A stretch of 64,000 bases of DNA from Scyliorhinus canicula (taxonomy: Eukaryota): assembly GCF_902713615.1 (NCBI RefSeq), contig NW_024055461.1, forward strand, positions 4,040,940-4,104,939, in the 5' to 3' direction. Below are positions 12,555-23,359 of the stretch, in pieces; position 1 is the first letter of the stretch; the number at the start of each line of letters is the position of its first letter. The notes below the pieces were generated by a model. That model worked only from the letters and a program-made list of their open reading frames with translations, ran no database searches and was not told where the DNA came from. Made by a program: the position numbers and the translations under genes.

Positions 12555-12870
12555 CATCATATAATCCCTACTTTGGAGAACGAGGCCATTCGGCCCATTG
12601 TGTCTGCACCGACCCTCCAAAGAACACCCTACCGAGGTGAACGCCCTGCCTTTCCCCAGAACCTCATAACACCACCTAACATTTTGGGCGACAAAGGGTA
12701 ATAGAGCATGGCCAATCCACCGAACCTGCACAGCTTTGGTCTGTGGGAGGAAACCGGAGCAGGCGGAGGAAACAGGAACAGACATGGGAGAACGTGGAAA
12801 CTCAACACAGGCAATCACCAAGGCTGGAATTGAACCCGGGTTTATGGCGCTGTGAGGCAGCAGTGCTATT
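12555..12870 (-). mobile_element. V-SINE/HE1-like SINE
   Basis: Reverse complement of the tRNA-like head (gcactgctgcctcacagcgcc...gggttcaattcc) and V-domain core. Confidence 0.8.
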
Positions 12871-13059
12871 TATGCATTGATGGTTGTTTATAACTAACTA
12901 TTGCTGTGTATTGAAGCCTCAATGTGCACTAATGTGTGTTTGTGTTAGCATGTGTACGAGTATACTAATATGTGTCTACGTGTGCGCAGAAGTGTGCTAA
13001 TGTGAACTATTGTCTCTGTTTTAATGGAAATATTACTGTCATTGTGAAATGGTGTGAAT

Positions 13060-13355
13060 ATGGGCGGCATGGAAGCACAGTGGTTAGTACTGTTGCTTCA
13101 CAGTGCCAGAGACCCGGGTTCGATTCCTGCGTGGGTCACTGTCTGTGCGGAGTCTGCATGTTCTCCCTGTGTTCGCGTGGGTTTCGACCGGGTGATCCGC
13201 TTTCCTCCCACAAGTCCCGAAAGACGTGCTTGAGAGGTAATTTGGACATTCTGAGTTCTCCCTCTGTGTACTCGAACAGGCGCCAAGCGTGTGGCGACTC
13301 GGTGTTTCTCACAGTAACTTCTTGCAGTGTTAATGTAAGCCTACTTGTGACAATA
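13060..13355 (+). mobile_element. V-SINE-like SINE
   Basis: gggcggcat...gcacagtggttagtactgttgcttcacagtgccagagacccgggttcgattcc (A and B boxes), followed by the V-SINE core. Confidence 0.85.
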
Positions 13356-14249
13356 AACATTATTGTTACTATTATGTATATGTTATTGCTTACCTTTGTG
13401 TTTCATATTCTTGTGTCAGTCTGCTTGTCTGGTTTTATATGTTCGTGTTTGCATATTTGTGTATCTGTGTGGACATGTGGGTGCATGTGCATATTTGTGT
13501 GTACTTATGTGCCGGCTTGTGTGTGTGGATTTGTGTGTGTGTGTGTATGTATGTACAATGTGTCTGTGTGCGTATAAACGTGTGCTTCTTTGTGTTTATG
13601 TGCATGTTTGTAAATTTTTGTTCATTTATGTGGATATGTATACATGTGTTTCTGTGTGTGAACCTATGTGTGTGTTTGTGTCTATGTGTGCTCGTGTGTA
13701 TGTTTGTGGGTGCGTACGTGTGCAGGTACGTGTTTATTCCTGTTTATCTGTCTATGTATCAGCTGCCTGTAGCTTTGCCAGTTGTGGGTATTATTGGTAC
13801 CGATGTACAATATGTTGAACTTTCTGCTTATAAATGTGTTTTCTGTGAGTTGCAAGCTGACATCAGGTGACCGAATGCAAAAATACAAGGAGGTGCCTCA
13901 GGAGAGAACAGTGAAAACCCAGGGAGAATGCAATCACCAGCCTGGATTTAGATTATGCAAAATCAGTTATCGCATATGGATAAGAGGAACAAGGGTGCTA
14001 AAGAAAATTATGTTGTGTGAATAGATATTTTAAGAATATCTTTAGCATGTTGGTCATTTAAAATCTTCAGCCAGTAAGCTACATGCCGTCTTGTAATGTC
14101 AGTAACTGAATTCTTAGTGTAGAGACACATCCACTCCCAAATTCCCTGCTTGGAGCGTAGTTAGATAGTGATTTAATAGTCTCTCCCTCTCTGGACAGCT
14201 GAACAAATTATTTTTGGGTTCCCCCTGCAGATGAGGTGGAGATACAGAG

Positions 14250-14940
14250 AGTCCACTCATCACCTTCCTCCTCTATTGGTCGGGGACGTGGAGGTAAAAT
14301 TGGTTTATATTGCCCCTCCTCCTCTCTCTATTGCGGAAGTGGGCGTACAGTGCATTAATTTAGGCCCTCTCCCTTTCTTTGTTGGAAGCGGCTGTACAGT
14401 GAATTAACTAATGCCCCAGCTCTTTGGTGGGAAAGTGGGGGTACAGTGTTAATTAATGCTCCTCCCCCACTATTTGTTGGGGAGCGGTGATACACTGGAT
14501 TAACTACTGCCCCCCCCCCCCCATATGCTTTGGTGAGGAAGTGAGGGGTATAGTGGGTTCACTAAGCCCCTTCCTCTTTGTTGGGGAGTTGGGGTGCAGG
14601 GCATGAGCTAACGTCCATTCCCCACTCTCTGTTGGAGAAGTGGGGGTGAAGTGCATTCACTAATGCCCCTCCCCCTCTCTGTTTTGGGATGTGGGGGTAC
14701 AGTGGATTAACTACTGCCCCTTCCCCATCTCTGTTTTGGGATGTGGGGGTTCAGTTGATTACTTTATGCTCCCTCCTCTCTCTTTTGAGGAAGTGGGGGT
14801 ACAGTGGATTAACTAAAGCCCCTCCTCCTGTCTCTGTTGGGGAAGTGGAGGTACAGTGGATTTACTAATGCCCCTCCTCCTGATTTTGTAGGAGAAGTGG
14901 AGATGTAATGGGTTCACAATTTCTCTTTCCCCTCTCCTTG
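14250..14940. repeat. Degenerate minisatellite, unit about 55 bp (GGAAGTGGGGGTACAGTGGATTAACTAATGCCCCTCC...), about 12 copies
   Basis: Recurrent gtgggggtacagtg...ttaactaatgcccc motif. Confidence 0.8.
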
Positions 14941-15032
14941 ATGGGTGATTGTTGGTCCATGTTTCTGTTTGATTCTCAATTCAGTTCCCAGTGGGTGTAA
15001 TGCAGCAATTTAAAGCTGACATTAATTTTAAA

Positions 15033-15122
15033 TTCACCTGAGGAAGGAGCAGTGCTCCGAAAGCTAGTGTTTGAAACAAACCTGTCAGACTTTAACCTGG
15101 TGTTGTAAGACTTCTTACTGTG
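15033..15122 (+). mobile_element. Penelope terminal fragment containing a hammerhead core (15035-15069)
   Basis: CAC CTGAGGA A GGAGC AGT GCTCC GAAA GCTA GTG...gtaagacttcttactgtg matches 12171-12256. Confidence 0.8.
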
Positions 15123-15446
15123 ATCAATTTTAAAGGGATGGACAATGGGAGAAGCAGGAACACCGATATCTAAATGCGATGGGTTTGTGTGTCTGAAATG
15201 GGAAAATGTCCGATTTCTTCTCAGCGGGAGGAAAGTCAATGAAGATATTTTGCTGAATCCTGGAATGAATGAGTTTTACTTTGTCTCTAACCCAGGGTGT
15301 TTCTGAGCTGAGAGCACTGGTTGTATCAGACTTGGGGCCGAAACCTGTAGAAATCCGGGTCTCATTGAACAGATCTAATATCAGCAAAGTGGAAGCACCA
15401 TTAATTAAGCGGCTGTACATTTAAATCACAATTGGAGGAAAAAACC

Positions 15447-15452
15447 TTTATT
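15447..15452 (-). promoter_or_regulatory. Polyadenylation signal of secretory IgM
   Basis: AATAAA on the minus strand about 37 nt after the secretory stop codon. Confidence 0.65.
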
Positions 15453-15488
15453 ATTTTTATTTTAGTTCGAAATGCAATTGATAGATTC

Positions 15489-15880
15489 TCATTGACATGA
15501 ATTAACGGTGTCCATCAGAGCGAGGGAAATGTTCACAAAACTGGGTTTACCGCTGGATTTATCAACCGTTCTGTTGATGATCTTCAAGGGGATGGCTTCA
15601 TGTCCCACCACACAGGAGTAAGAAGCGCCGCTGGCCCACTCCTCCGCTGCAATGGATAACAGGCTGTACATGAAGAAGGAGCTATTGCCGTTCTCCGCCA
15701 TCACCTCGGTGTTCTTGTAGTTCCCGGGATTCACCGGCTTGTCATTGACGGTCCACTTGACGAAGATCTCTCGGGGGGAGAAACCTCTCACTAAGCAGCT
15801 GAGGGAGACGAATCTCTGAGCGGAGACGTCTTCAGCCGAGGGCAGCAGGACAGAGACGGACGGTTCCCGCGGGTTGGGAT
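15489..15880 (-). CDS. IGHM: IgM Cmu4 exon plus secretory tail; internal donor for the TM form after 15551
   Basis: [43 protein letters not shown]...[23 protein letters not shown]|[20 protein letters not shown]. Acceptor at 15881-15882. G|GTAAA donor; tail has an NIS sequon and penultimate Cys. Confidence 0.97.
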
Positions 15881-16189
15881 CTGCAGAAAATGTACAATAA
15901 ATATCAATAAAATGGGGAATTCCGGAGACAATGGAACCGCGGGTTAGATGTGGGAGAAATGTGTTTTGTGTTGGATTTTAAAGGTTTCCATTTTCCACTT
16001 TGGGATCTGTCCCGGTTCCCAGCTCGGAGCAGAGGTGGACACAATCCTTTTCCCTGAGAATTTACGGATATTGGATTCGAAAGTTTCAGAAAGTGTACAG
16101 CAAGGAAACAGGCCATTTGGCCCAACTGTTCTGTGCTGGTGTATGAACTCCACACCAAACTCCCCCTACCTCACGCCCAGAGGATTGGA

Positions 16190-17690
16190 AACTGCCAATG
16201 TAACACCCTTATTAAAAAGCGAGGGAGACAAAAACAGGTAACTATAGGCCAGTGACCTTAACAGCTGGGCACTTAGACATACAGGATATAATTAAGCAGA
16301 GTCAGCGCGGCTTTGCGAAGGTAAATCTTGCTTCACAAATTTATTGCAATTCTTTGAGGTGATAACGAGAAGGCTAGAGAGAGGGAAACCAATAGTTGTA
16401 ATATAGATGAATTTCAAAACTGTGTTTAATAAGTGAATGTGCTATTCCCACGGCTGCAGATACAAAAATAGGTAGAAAGGCAAGTGGTGAGGACATAAAG
16501 TCTACAGAGGAACAGAGCCAGCTTACGTTACTGAGTAAAATCTTGGCAGATGGAATATGATGCAGGAAAATGTGAGGTTAGACACTTTGGTCGGAGGAGG
16601 AACATAACGAAATATTATTTAGATGGACAAAGACTGGGGAAAGCTGAAGTAACGGGGGAATTGGGGGTTCTCGTGCAGAAACCACATAAAGCAAGTTCTG
16701 CAGGTAATATGGAGACAAATTGAATGTTGGCATTTATTTCAATGGGAATAGAATATAAACATGGGGAAGTCGAGCTCAAATTATACAAGGCATTAGTTAG
16801 ACTACACTTGATACACTTTTGTTGCCCTTATCTGAGGAAGGCAGATTGGCTTTGAAGGCAGTCCAGAGAAGGATCACGAGGTTGACCCCGCGTATGGAGG
16901 GATTTTCTTCAGAGGAGAGGTTAAGTAGACATAGACATAGAATTTACAGTGCAGAAGGAGGCCACTCGGCCCATCGAGTCTGCACCGGCTCCTGGAAAGA
17001 GCACCCTACCCAAGGTTAACACCTCCACCCTATCCCCATAACCCTGTAACCCCACCCAACACTAAAGGCAATTTGGACACTAAGGGCAATTTATCATAGC
17101 CAATCCACCTAAGCTGCACATCATTCGACTGTGGGAGGAAACCGGAGCACCCAGAAGAAACCCACGCACACACGGGGAGGATGTGCAGACTCCGCACAGA
17201 CAGTGACCCAAGCCAGAATCGAACCTGGGACCCTGGAGCTGTGAAGCGCTTGTGCTATCCACAATGCTACCGTGTTGGGTTGTACTTATTGGAGTTTGGA
17301 AGAATGAAGGCGACCTAATTGAGACATGAAAGATTCTCCGGGAGATTCTTAGGATAGACGCTGAGAGGTTGTTTTCCCTTGTGGGAGCGTCTCGGAGCAG
17401 TGCAGGATCACAAAGTGAGGGTTCACCCATTTAAGACAGAGATGAGAAGGAATTTCCTCTCTCAGAGGGTCGTGAAGCTGTGGAATTATGTAACACAGGG
17501 GGCTGTAGATTCTGGGTTGTTCAGTCTGTTGAAGGTTGAGAGAGGCGCATTTTAAATCAGTAAAGACGGCAAGAGATATGGGGATAAGGCGGGAAAGAGG
17601 AGTTGAAGATGATCACATCAGATCAGTCAGGACGTCACTGAAGGCTGGACCGGTGTTGATGGGCCTAATGGCCTACATCTGCTCCTACGT
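16190..17690 (+). mobile_element. Degenerate CR1-type LINE 3' portion, interrupted by a minus-strand SINE (about 16927-17275)
   Basis: Decayed RT-region sequence (ggtaaatcttgcttcacaaatttattg, ...VQRRITRL.P.M.G.S.EERL) continuing on both sides of the SINE. Confidence 0.8.
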
Positions 17691-17921
17691 CTTATGGTCT
17701 GCAGTCTCGTTCCATCTAATCCCAATATCACTGCTTTTAATCCATTGTTCATTCGTCTGCATATCAATTTCCCCCTTAAACTCTAAGGGCCTAGAATATT
17801 TAGTTAGTGGAATTACCAATCAGAATGGACCATAAATACACTGAATGCTAAATACTGACCGCTGCACTGACACTAGAAATAGACACAATGACTGACTTAT
17901 TGCTTCAGTCTCACCGCTCAC

Positions 17922-18230
17922 CTATTTTTTTGTGGATTGAAATTCTTAAAGGAGTTGGCAGGTCCTGATGGCTCGCCACACATTCAAACTCAGCCCCACT
18001 CAGCCAGGCTTGTGTGGAGATGTTTAATTTGCTGACCACGCTCTCAGTATCTGCCCCAGGCTGGTCGGCAATCTCTGATTTCAGCAGCTTCTTCGCTTCA
18101 CTCCAGGACACGTTGACTCCAAAAGGAGCATTCGAAATGACGCAGGTTAAGGTTACAGTCGCCTCCAGTAAGACCTGTTCTATTGGCGGTGGCTGTATTG
18201 TTACTGAGGCATCAGTGCAAACGGAAGGAT
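17922..18230 (-). CDS. IGHM: IgM Cmu3 exon
   Basis: [43 protein letters not shown]...[22 protein letters not shown]. ag/GTGAG boundaries, 309 nt, phase 1. Confidence 0.97.
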
Positions 18231-18399
18231 CTGTGAATGAAAACATGAAAATTAACCCAAGTTTCACCTTCAGAATCAGGACAGCAGGATTCAGCCTTCA
18301 CTCTCTAAATGTGAATAAGTCAACTTCGAAATATCAACCCCGACAGACCACCTTTAATCTTCGATATACAATAGAAAACCAGCGTGTTCTGTGAAAACT

Positions 18400-18720
18400 A
18401 TTATAGAATCATAGATCACTACAGCGCAGAAGAGGACCATTCGGCCCATGGAGCCTGCACCGACCGTCGAAAGAGCACTCTACCTTGGGCAATTCCCCCA
18501 CCCTATCCCTGTAACCTCACAACCCCACCTAATCTTTGGACATTCAGCGACAATTTAGCATCAGCAATTCACCTAACCTGCACATATTTGCCTGCGGGAG
18601 GAAACCAAAGCACCTGGAGGAAACCCGTGCAGAGACGGGGAGAAGGTGACTCCACACAGTCACCCATGGTCAGTATTGAACCGGGTCCCAGGTACTGTGA
18701 AGCCTCAGTACTAACCACTA
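18400..18720 (-). mobile_element. V-SINE/HE1-like SINE
   Basis: Reverse complement of the SINE head, core and CR1-like tail (atagaatcataga). Confidence 0.8.
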
Positions 18721-19077
18721 TTGTGAAAATCGGTTAGCCCCAGTATCATTTTAATGAATCAGTATTGCAGCATTCCCAATGTGATACATAATTCCTGATC
18801 TCTGGAAAGCAGTCTTGAATGCTAATTTATAAATAGGTTGGATGACGTTTTCAACAATTTCCCCCCGGAGCTGTTATCAATAAAGGTTTCAAGGCACCCA
18901 CTGCCTCTGAAATATAATCAGCTGTTTCGGAATAAAGCTGAGATCAGGTCCACCTCACTCACCAAATGATTTGAAAGTAGAGGAAACATTCTTTGCTGTT
19001 CTGATAACATCCTGAATGGTGAGCAATCCAAATGCAGCTCTTACATCAGAATGAAACACAAACTACATGGCAGTAAA

Positions 19078-19710
19078 TTAGAACATAGAACATTACATCG
19101 CAGTACAGGCCCTTCGGCCCTCGATGTTGCGCCGACCTGTGAAACCCCTCTAAAGCCCATCTACACCATTCCCTTATCGTCCATATGTCTATCCAATGAC
19201 CATTTGAATGTGTTTAGTGTTGGCGAGTCCACTACTGTTGCAGGCAGGGCATTCCACACCCTTACTTCTCTCTGAGTAAAGAACCTACCTCTGACATCTG
19301 TCCTATATCTATCTCTCCTCAATGTAAAGCTACGTCCCCTCGTGCTAGACATCACCATCCGAGGAAAAAGGCTCTCACTGATAGTCCACCCTATCTAATC
19401 CGCTGATCATCTTGTATGCCTCAATTAAGTCACCTCTTAACCGTCTTCTCTCTAACGAAAACAGCCTTAAGTCCCTCAGCCTCTCCTCATAGGATCTTCC
19501 CTCCATACCAGGCAACATCTTGGTAAATCTCCTCTGCACCCCTTCCAATGCTTCCACATCCTTCCTATAATGCGGCGACCAGAACTGGACGCAATACTCC
19601 AAATGCTGCCACAACAGAGTTTTGTACAGCTGCAACATGACCTCATGGCTCCGAAACTCAATTCCTCTACCAATAAAAGCTAACGCACCGTTCTCCTTCT
19701 TAACAACCCT
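19078..19710 (-). mobile_element. CR1 LINE 3' fragment
   Basis: MLQLYKTL..QHLEYCVQFWSPHYRKDVEALEGVQRRFTKMLPGM; (TTCTA)-type tail. Confidence 0.9.
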
Positions 19711-19816
19711 AAAATAGAAGTTATTCTGTGCTTTGTACTAACTTCAGTAAATTCCTGATTTGGATTGACAGCAGAATGCAGGATTATTTATTGTTTCCTC
19801 TGTTTGTGTCTCTTAC

Positions 19817-20128
19817 CAGACGAGGCGATGTTCAGACTTTGGGTGACCTCTTGATGAGTGACCTGGCAGGTATAGACCGCTTTGCTGAACCATTCCCCAG
19901 CGGAGACTGTCAGCCGACTGCTCACTGAGAAGTTCCCGTTCACTTCATAGGCGGGAGAGGTGACAATTCCTGAACCCATGGGTTGTCCATTCTTCAGCCA
20001 CTTCACGTTAATTGAGTTTGAACGGAAATTGTTGATTGAACAGACGATGGTTGCAAATTTCTTGCTTGAGATTTCTTCATTGGAACTCACGGTGACGAGA
20101 ACATTTGGGGGGATGTCATTTCCACCAC
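19817..20128 (-). CDS. IGHM: IgM Cmu2 exon
   Basis: (C)[47 protein letters not shown]...[19 protein letters not shown]. ag/GTAAG boundaries, 312 nt. Confidence 0.96.
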
Positions 20129-20942
20129 CTTCAAAAACACAAGTTAACATTTCTTGCAGAAGATCTTGTAACAAATAAAATGACTTATTATGTTTAACTC
20201 TTTGTCTGCAGTCAATGTTTTTCGCCAGGAATCAGAACTATGCAGAGTACCATAAATGTATCATAAATAACCAAAGTTGTAAATAAAGGAATGACAGATT
20301 TTCTGTTTCTCACAGGTTATGTGAATTGCGCTTTCACATAGCCGTCCGTCAGTCCAGAAGTAAAACACTCGAACACGTCAGTAACGAATATTCGTTTATT
20401 CACGGCCGGGACAAATCTCTAAGTAGTCGGGGAACCACCTTCGAGAAGTGCCAAAGTCCCAGAGTACGGACTGTCCCTTTATACAATCACAGCTTAGAGG
20501 TGGTCCCCTTAAATTCCTAGATACACCAATGATTTGGCAAGGATCCAGAACATGTAACTTATATGGAATTATTATCCTGACGTAGGGTGGTTACTATGAC
20601 ATAATCATTAGCACGGTTCACTAATACTGCTGCTGCTAACGGTTTTCTTATCCTATCCGTCCATCAGGTCGAACTTCCTTATCTCTTTCCCTCTCATGCT
20701 CCTGAGTCAGCTCTTTCACATTCCAATGCCCATTGTCTCAGTTGACAAGGTTTTACACACTCATCTTTGCTGTCTCTGCACTAACAGATACAGAGATATG
20801 TTCTCATTCCATTCTCTCAACCCTTTAACATCTTTTACTTGATGATCACAGATATATTTCAGAACCTTAATATTACGTACAGACAGCAAGGTTAAAACAA
20901 GACAATAAATGTAATCCACTTCCACATTTCCACAACACTTAC

Positions 20943-21242
20943 ATTTCATTCCAATGCTCTTGTCTGAGCCTCTGTGTCGAACCTCACAGCTGATTTTGCT
21001 GCATCCCCCCTCTGACTCGGTGATGGTTAACTGGCTGCTCAGGGTGTAGGTTCCCTTCAAGTTTCTCACTGACGGGTATTTCTTAACACCAGTGGTGATC
21101 GGCTGCCCATCTTTCTTCCAGGTAAGTCTGGTGATTTCTGGGGAGTAGTCCATCGCCAAACAACCGTAGGTCACGGAGCCATCGGTGTTGTGTTGCTGAC
21201 AGGAGGAGACCAGGCTGTAGAGAGTGGGCGGAGACGGTGTCG
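20943..21242 (-). CDS. IGHM: IgM Cmu1 exon
   Basis: [15 protein letters not shown]...[22 protein letters not shown]...[18 protein letters not shown]. ag/GTAAG boundaries, 300 nt. Retains the N-terminal Cys typically used for light-chain linkage. Confidence 0.97.
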
Positions 21243-21589
21243 CTGGGAGAGAATGGCCCATTCAACAAGTTAGACTCTGGGATCGTATTTATTCAGTAAC
21301 GTAACCTTTCAATATTCGACTATAACTATGAGTTTATTCTAACATTTTCCTATTAAATGCAACAACGATATTTCAGCATTTATTTGATCTATCATTTGAG
21401 AATCACCACCTGTTCGCCCCCTCATTATAAACTCACATATCTTTCTCCGTCCCTATCACCTGGCAAAAAAAGAACATTTTGATGTAATCTGAATGGTGTA
21501 ACTTTCATTGGATTGAAAGAGAGGAGCAGAGGGGTTATCCCCATTTTTTCAGCCACCATGTAATACAAAATGGAAATGTCCCATAGTTC

Positions 21590-21770
21590 CTGAGTCTCCC
21601 TCCTTTTTAGAGTTTACTGGTGGGGATTTAACCTGAGCGTCACCACACCTCAGGCGAGAGGCAAGGTTGAGAATGGGAGTTTTCATGAATAACCTCAGCC
21701 GGTGCAGCAATTGAACCCGCGCTGCTGGGATCGCTCTTCATCACGAACCAGCCGTCCAGCTAACTGAGCT
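21590..21770 (-). mobile_element. tRNA-derived SINE (family differs from the V-SINEs)
   Basis: Minus strand AGCTCAGTTAG (A-box-like)...GCGGGTTCAATT (B-box-like), followed by ggctgaggtt...cctgaggtgtggtg body. Confidence 0.6.
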
Positions 21771-22354
21771 GTGTACGTCACAATCCAACTACCTGAGCTG
21801 TGTACGTCAGGATCCAGCTAACTGAGCTGTGCAGGTCACAATCCAGCAATCTGAGCTGTGTACGTCACAATCCAGCAATCTGAGCTGTGTACATCACAAT
21901 CCAGCTAACTGAGCTGTGTACGTCACAATACAGCTAACTGAACTGTGTACGTCACAATCCAGCGAACTGAACTGTGTACGTCACAATCCAGCTAGCTGAG
22001 CTGTGTACGTCACAATCCAGCTAGCTGAGCTGTGTACGTCACAATCCAGCTAGCTGAGCTGTGCACGTCACAATACAGCTAACTGAGCTGTGTACGTCAC
22101 AATCCAGCTAACTGAGCTGTGTACGTCACAATCCAGCTAACTAAGCTGTGTACGTCACAATCCAGCGAACTGAGCTGTGTACGTCACAATCCAGCTAACT
22201 GAGATGTGTACGTCACAATCCAGCTAACTGAGCTGTGGACGGCAAATCCAGCAAACTGAGCTGTGTACGTCACAATCCAGCTAATTGAGCTGTGTACGTC
22301 ACAATCCAGCTAACTGAGCTATGTACGTCACAATCCAGCTAACTGAGCTGTGTA
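21756..22354. repeat. 29-bp tandem array (TCCAGCTAACTGAGCTGTGTACGTCACAA)n, about 20 copies
   Basis: Directly visible; two AGCT motifs per unit. Confidence 0.96.
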
Positions 22355-23359
22355 TTTCACAGTCAACAACATTTTGTGATAAAGAAGTTGTATCTTCATT
22401 TATATCATTGCAGTTTTGGAAATTGCCTTTTTTCAAACTGACTGATCCCTCTCCTCTCTCCACCTCACTACCCCCACTCCCCAAAACACTCCACTTCAGA
22501 ATGCACACTTATGTAATTACAACAAATCTCTAAATTTGAGTAGTTGCAACATTCTCTAATTTTAGGATCATGCACATTAACAGCGGGAGGCGGCCATTCT
22601 GCCGTCGAGCCCCCTCCACCATTCAATAATGGCTGTGTTGATTGTTGTGTTAACTCCACATTCCTCCTGTCGCTGAGACCGGGCTGTGTGCCCCGCGTCT
22701 CTGTGCGTTTCCCCATCTCTCTGTGATTCGCGCTGGACCTCTGCACCGTTCACCTGCTCCTTTCACTTTCTTCCACATCTCGTTGTTCTTTGTCCACTGC
22801 TCGTCTCTTTCCCCAGTTCTTTGAATATTTTCCGGTTCCTGACACTTTCCATGGGCTGTTTGAACTTCTCGCCAGTATTTTGCGCTTTACCCCGATTCTT
22901 TTCGCTGATCGCCCGCTCCATGGACTTTCCTCCGGATAGCTGCAATTCTCTCAGCTCTCTGCGCCTTCACCGGCTTGGTGCACTACCCCCGGCTCTCTGT
23001 CCCTTTCCTCTGCTCTCTCTGCTTTCTACCAGCTCTCTGCCCTTTGCTACGGCTCCCTGTGCTTTCCCCAGCATATCTGCCCTGTTCACCACATCTCTGT
23101 TTCCCCCCACATCTCCGCTCTGTCCCTCACATCTCTGTGTCCCCCTCCCCCATTCCTGCCCTGTTCCTCGCCTCCTTGTTCTTTCCCTGGCCCTGGAAGT
23201 TACTCCGGCTCCGGCGCTTTCTCCCGGCTCTCTGAACTATCCTCTCCCGGGCCGCACAGACACTTTCGGGCGCCAGTCGTGCTCATGCCCCGCTCCAGTT
23301 CTCTCTTTCTCTCTCGTTGCAGACATTCGGGACCGATTTAGGGACCGTGCGTAAGAGAA

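Larger units (their letters stand above)
12256..13860. repeat. TG-rich low-complexity / degenerate (TG)n region
   Basis: Runs of tgtgtg throughout. The Cys/Val-rich ORFs 12972-13870 are compositional artefacts. Confidence 0.85.

Noticed and set aside
13060-13135. tRNA genes at SINE heads (here and at 36190 and 63140)
   Set aside because: A and B boxes are present but continue into SINE bodies, with no complete cloverleaf.
12972-13870. Cys/Val-rich membrane-protein-like ORFs
   Set aside because: Translations of TG microsatellite and SINE sequence.
20300-20885. Solo LTR in the Cmu1-Cmu2 intron
   Set aside because: Minus-strand TATA and AATAAA-like motifs are present, but no target-site duplication or second copy could be found.
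21756-22354. CRISPR-like array
   Set aside because: Units are head-to-tail with no unique spacers, there are no cas genes, and the DNA is eukaryotic.
22686-23354. 222-aa Leu/Pro/Ser-rich ORF
   Set aside because: Pyrimidine-skew artefact with no recognisable domain.
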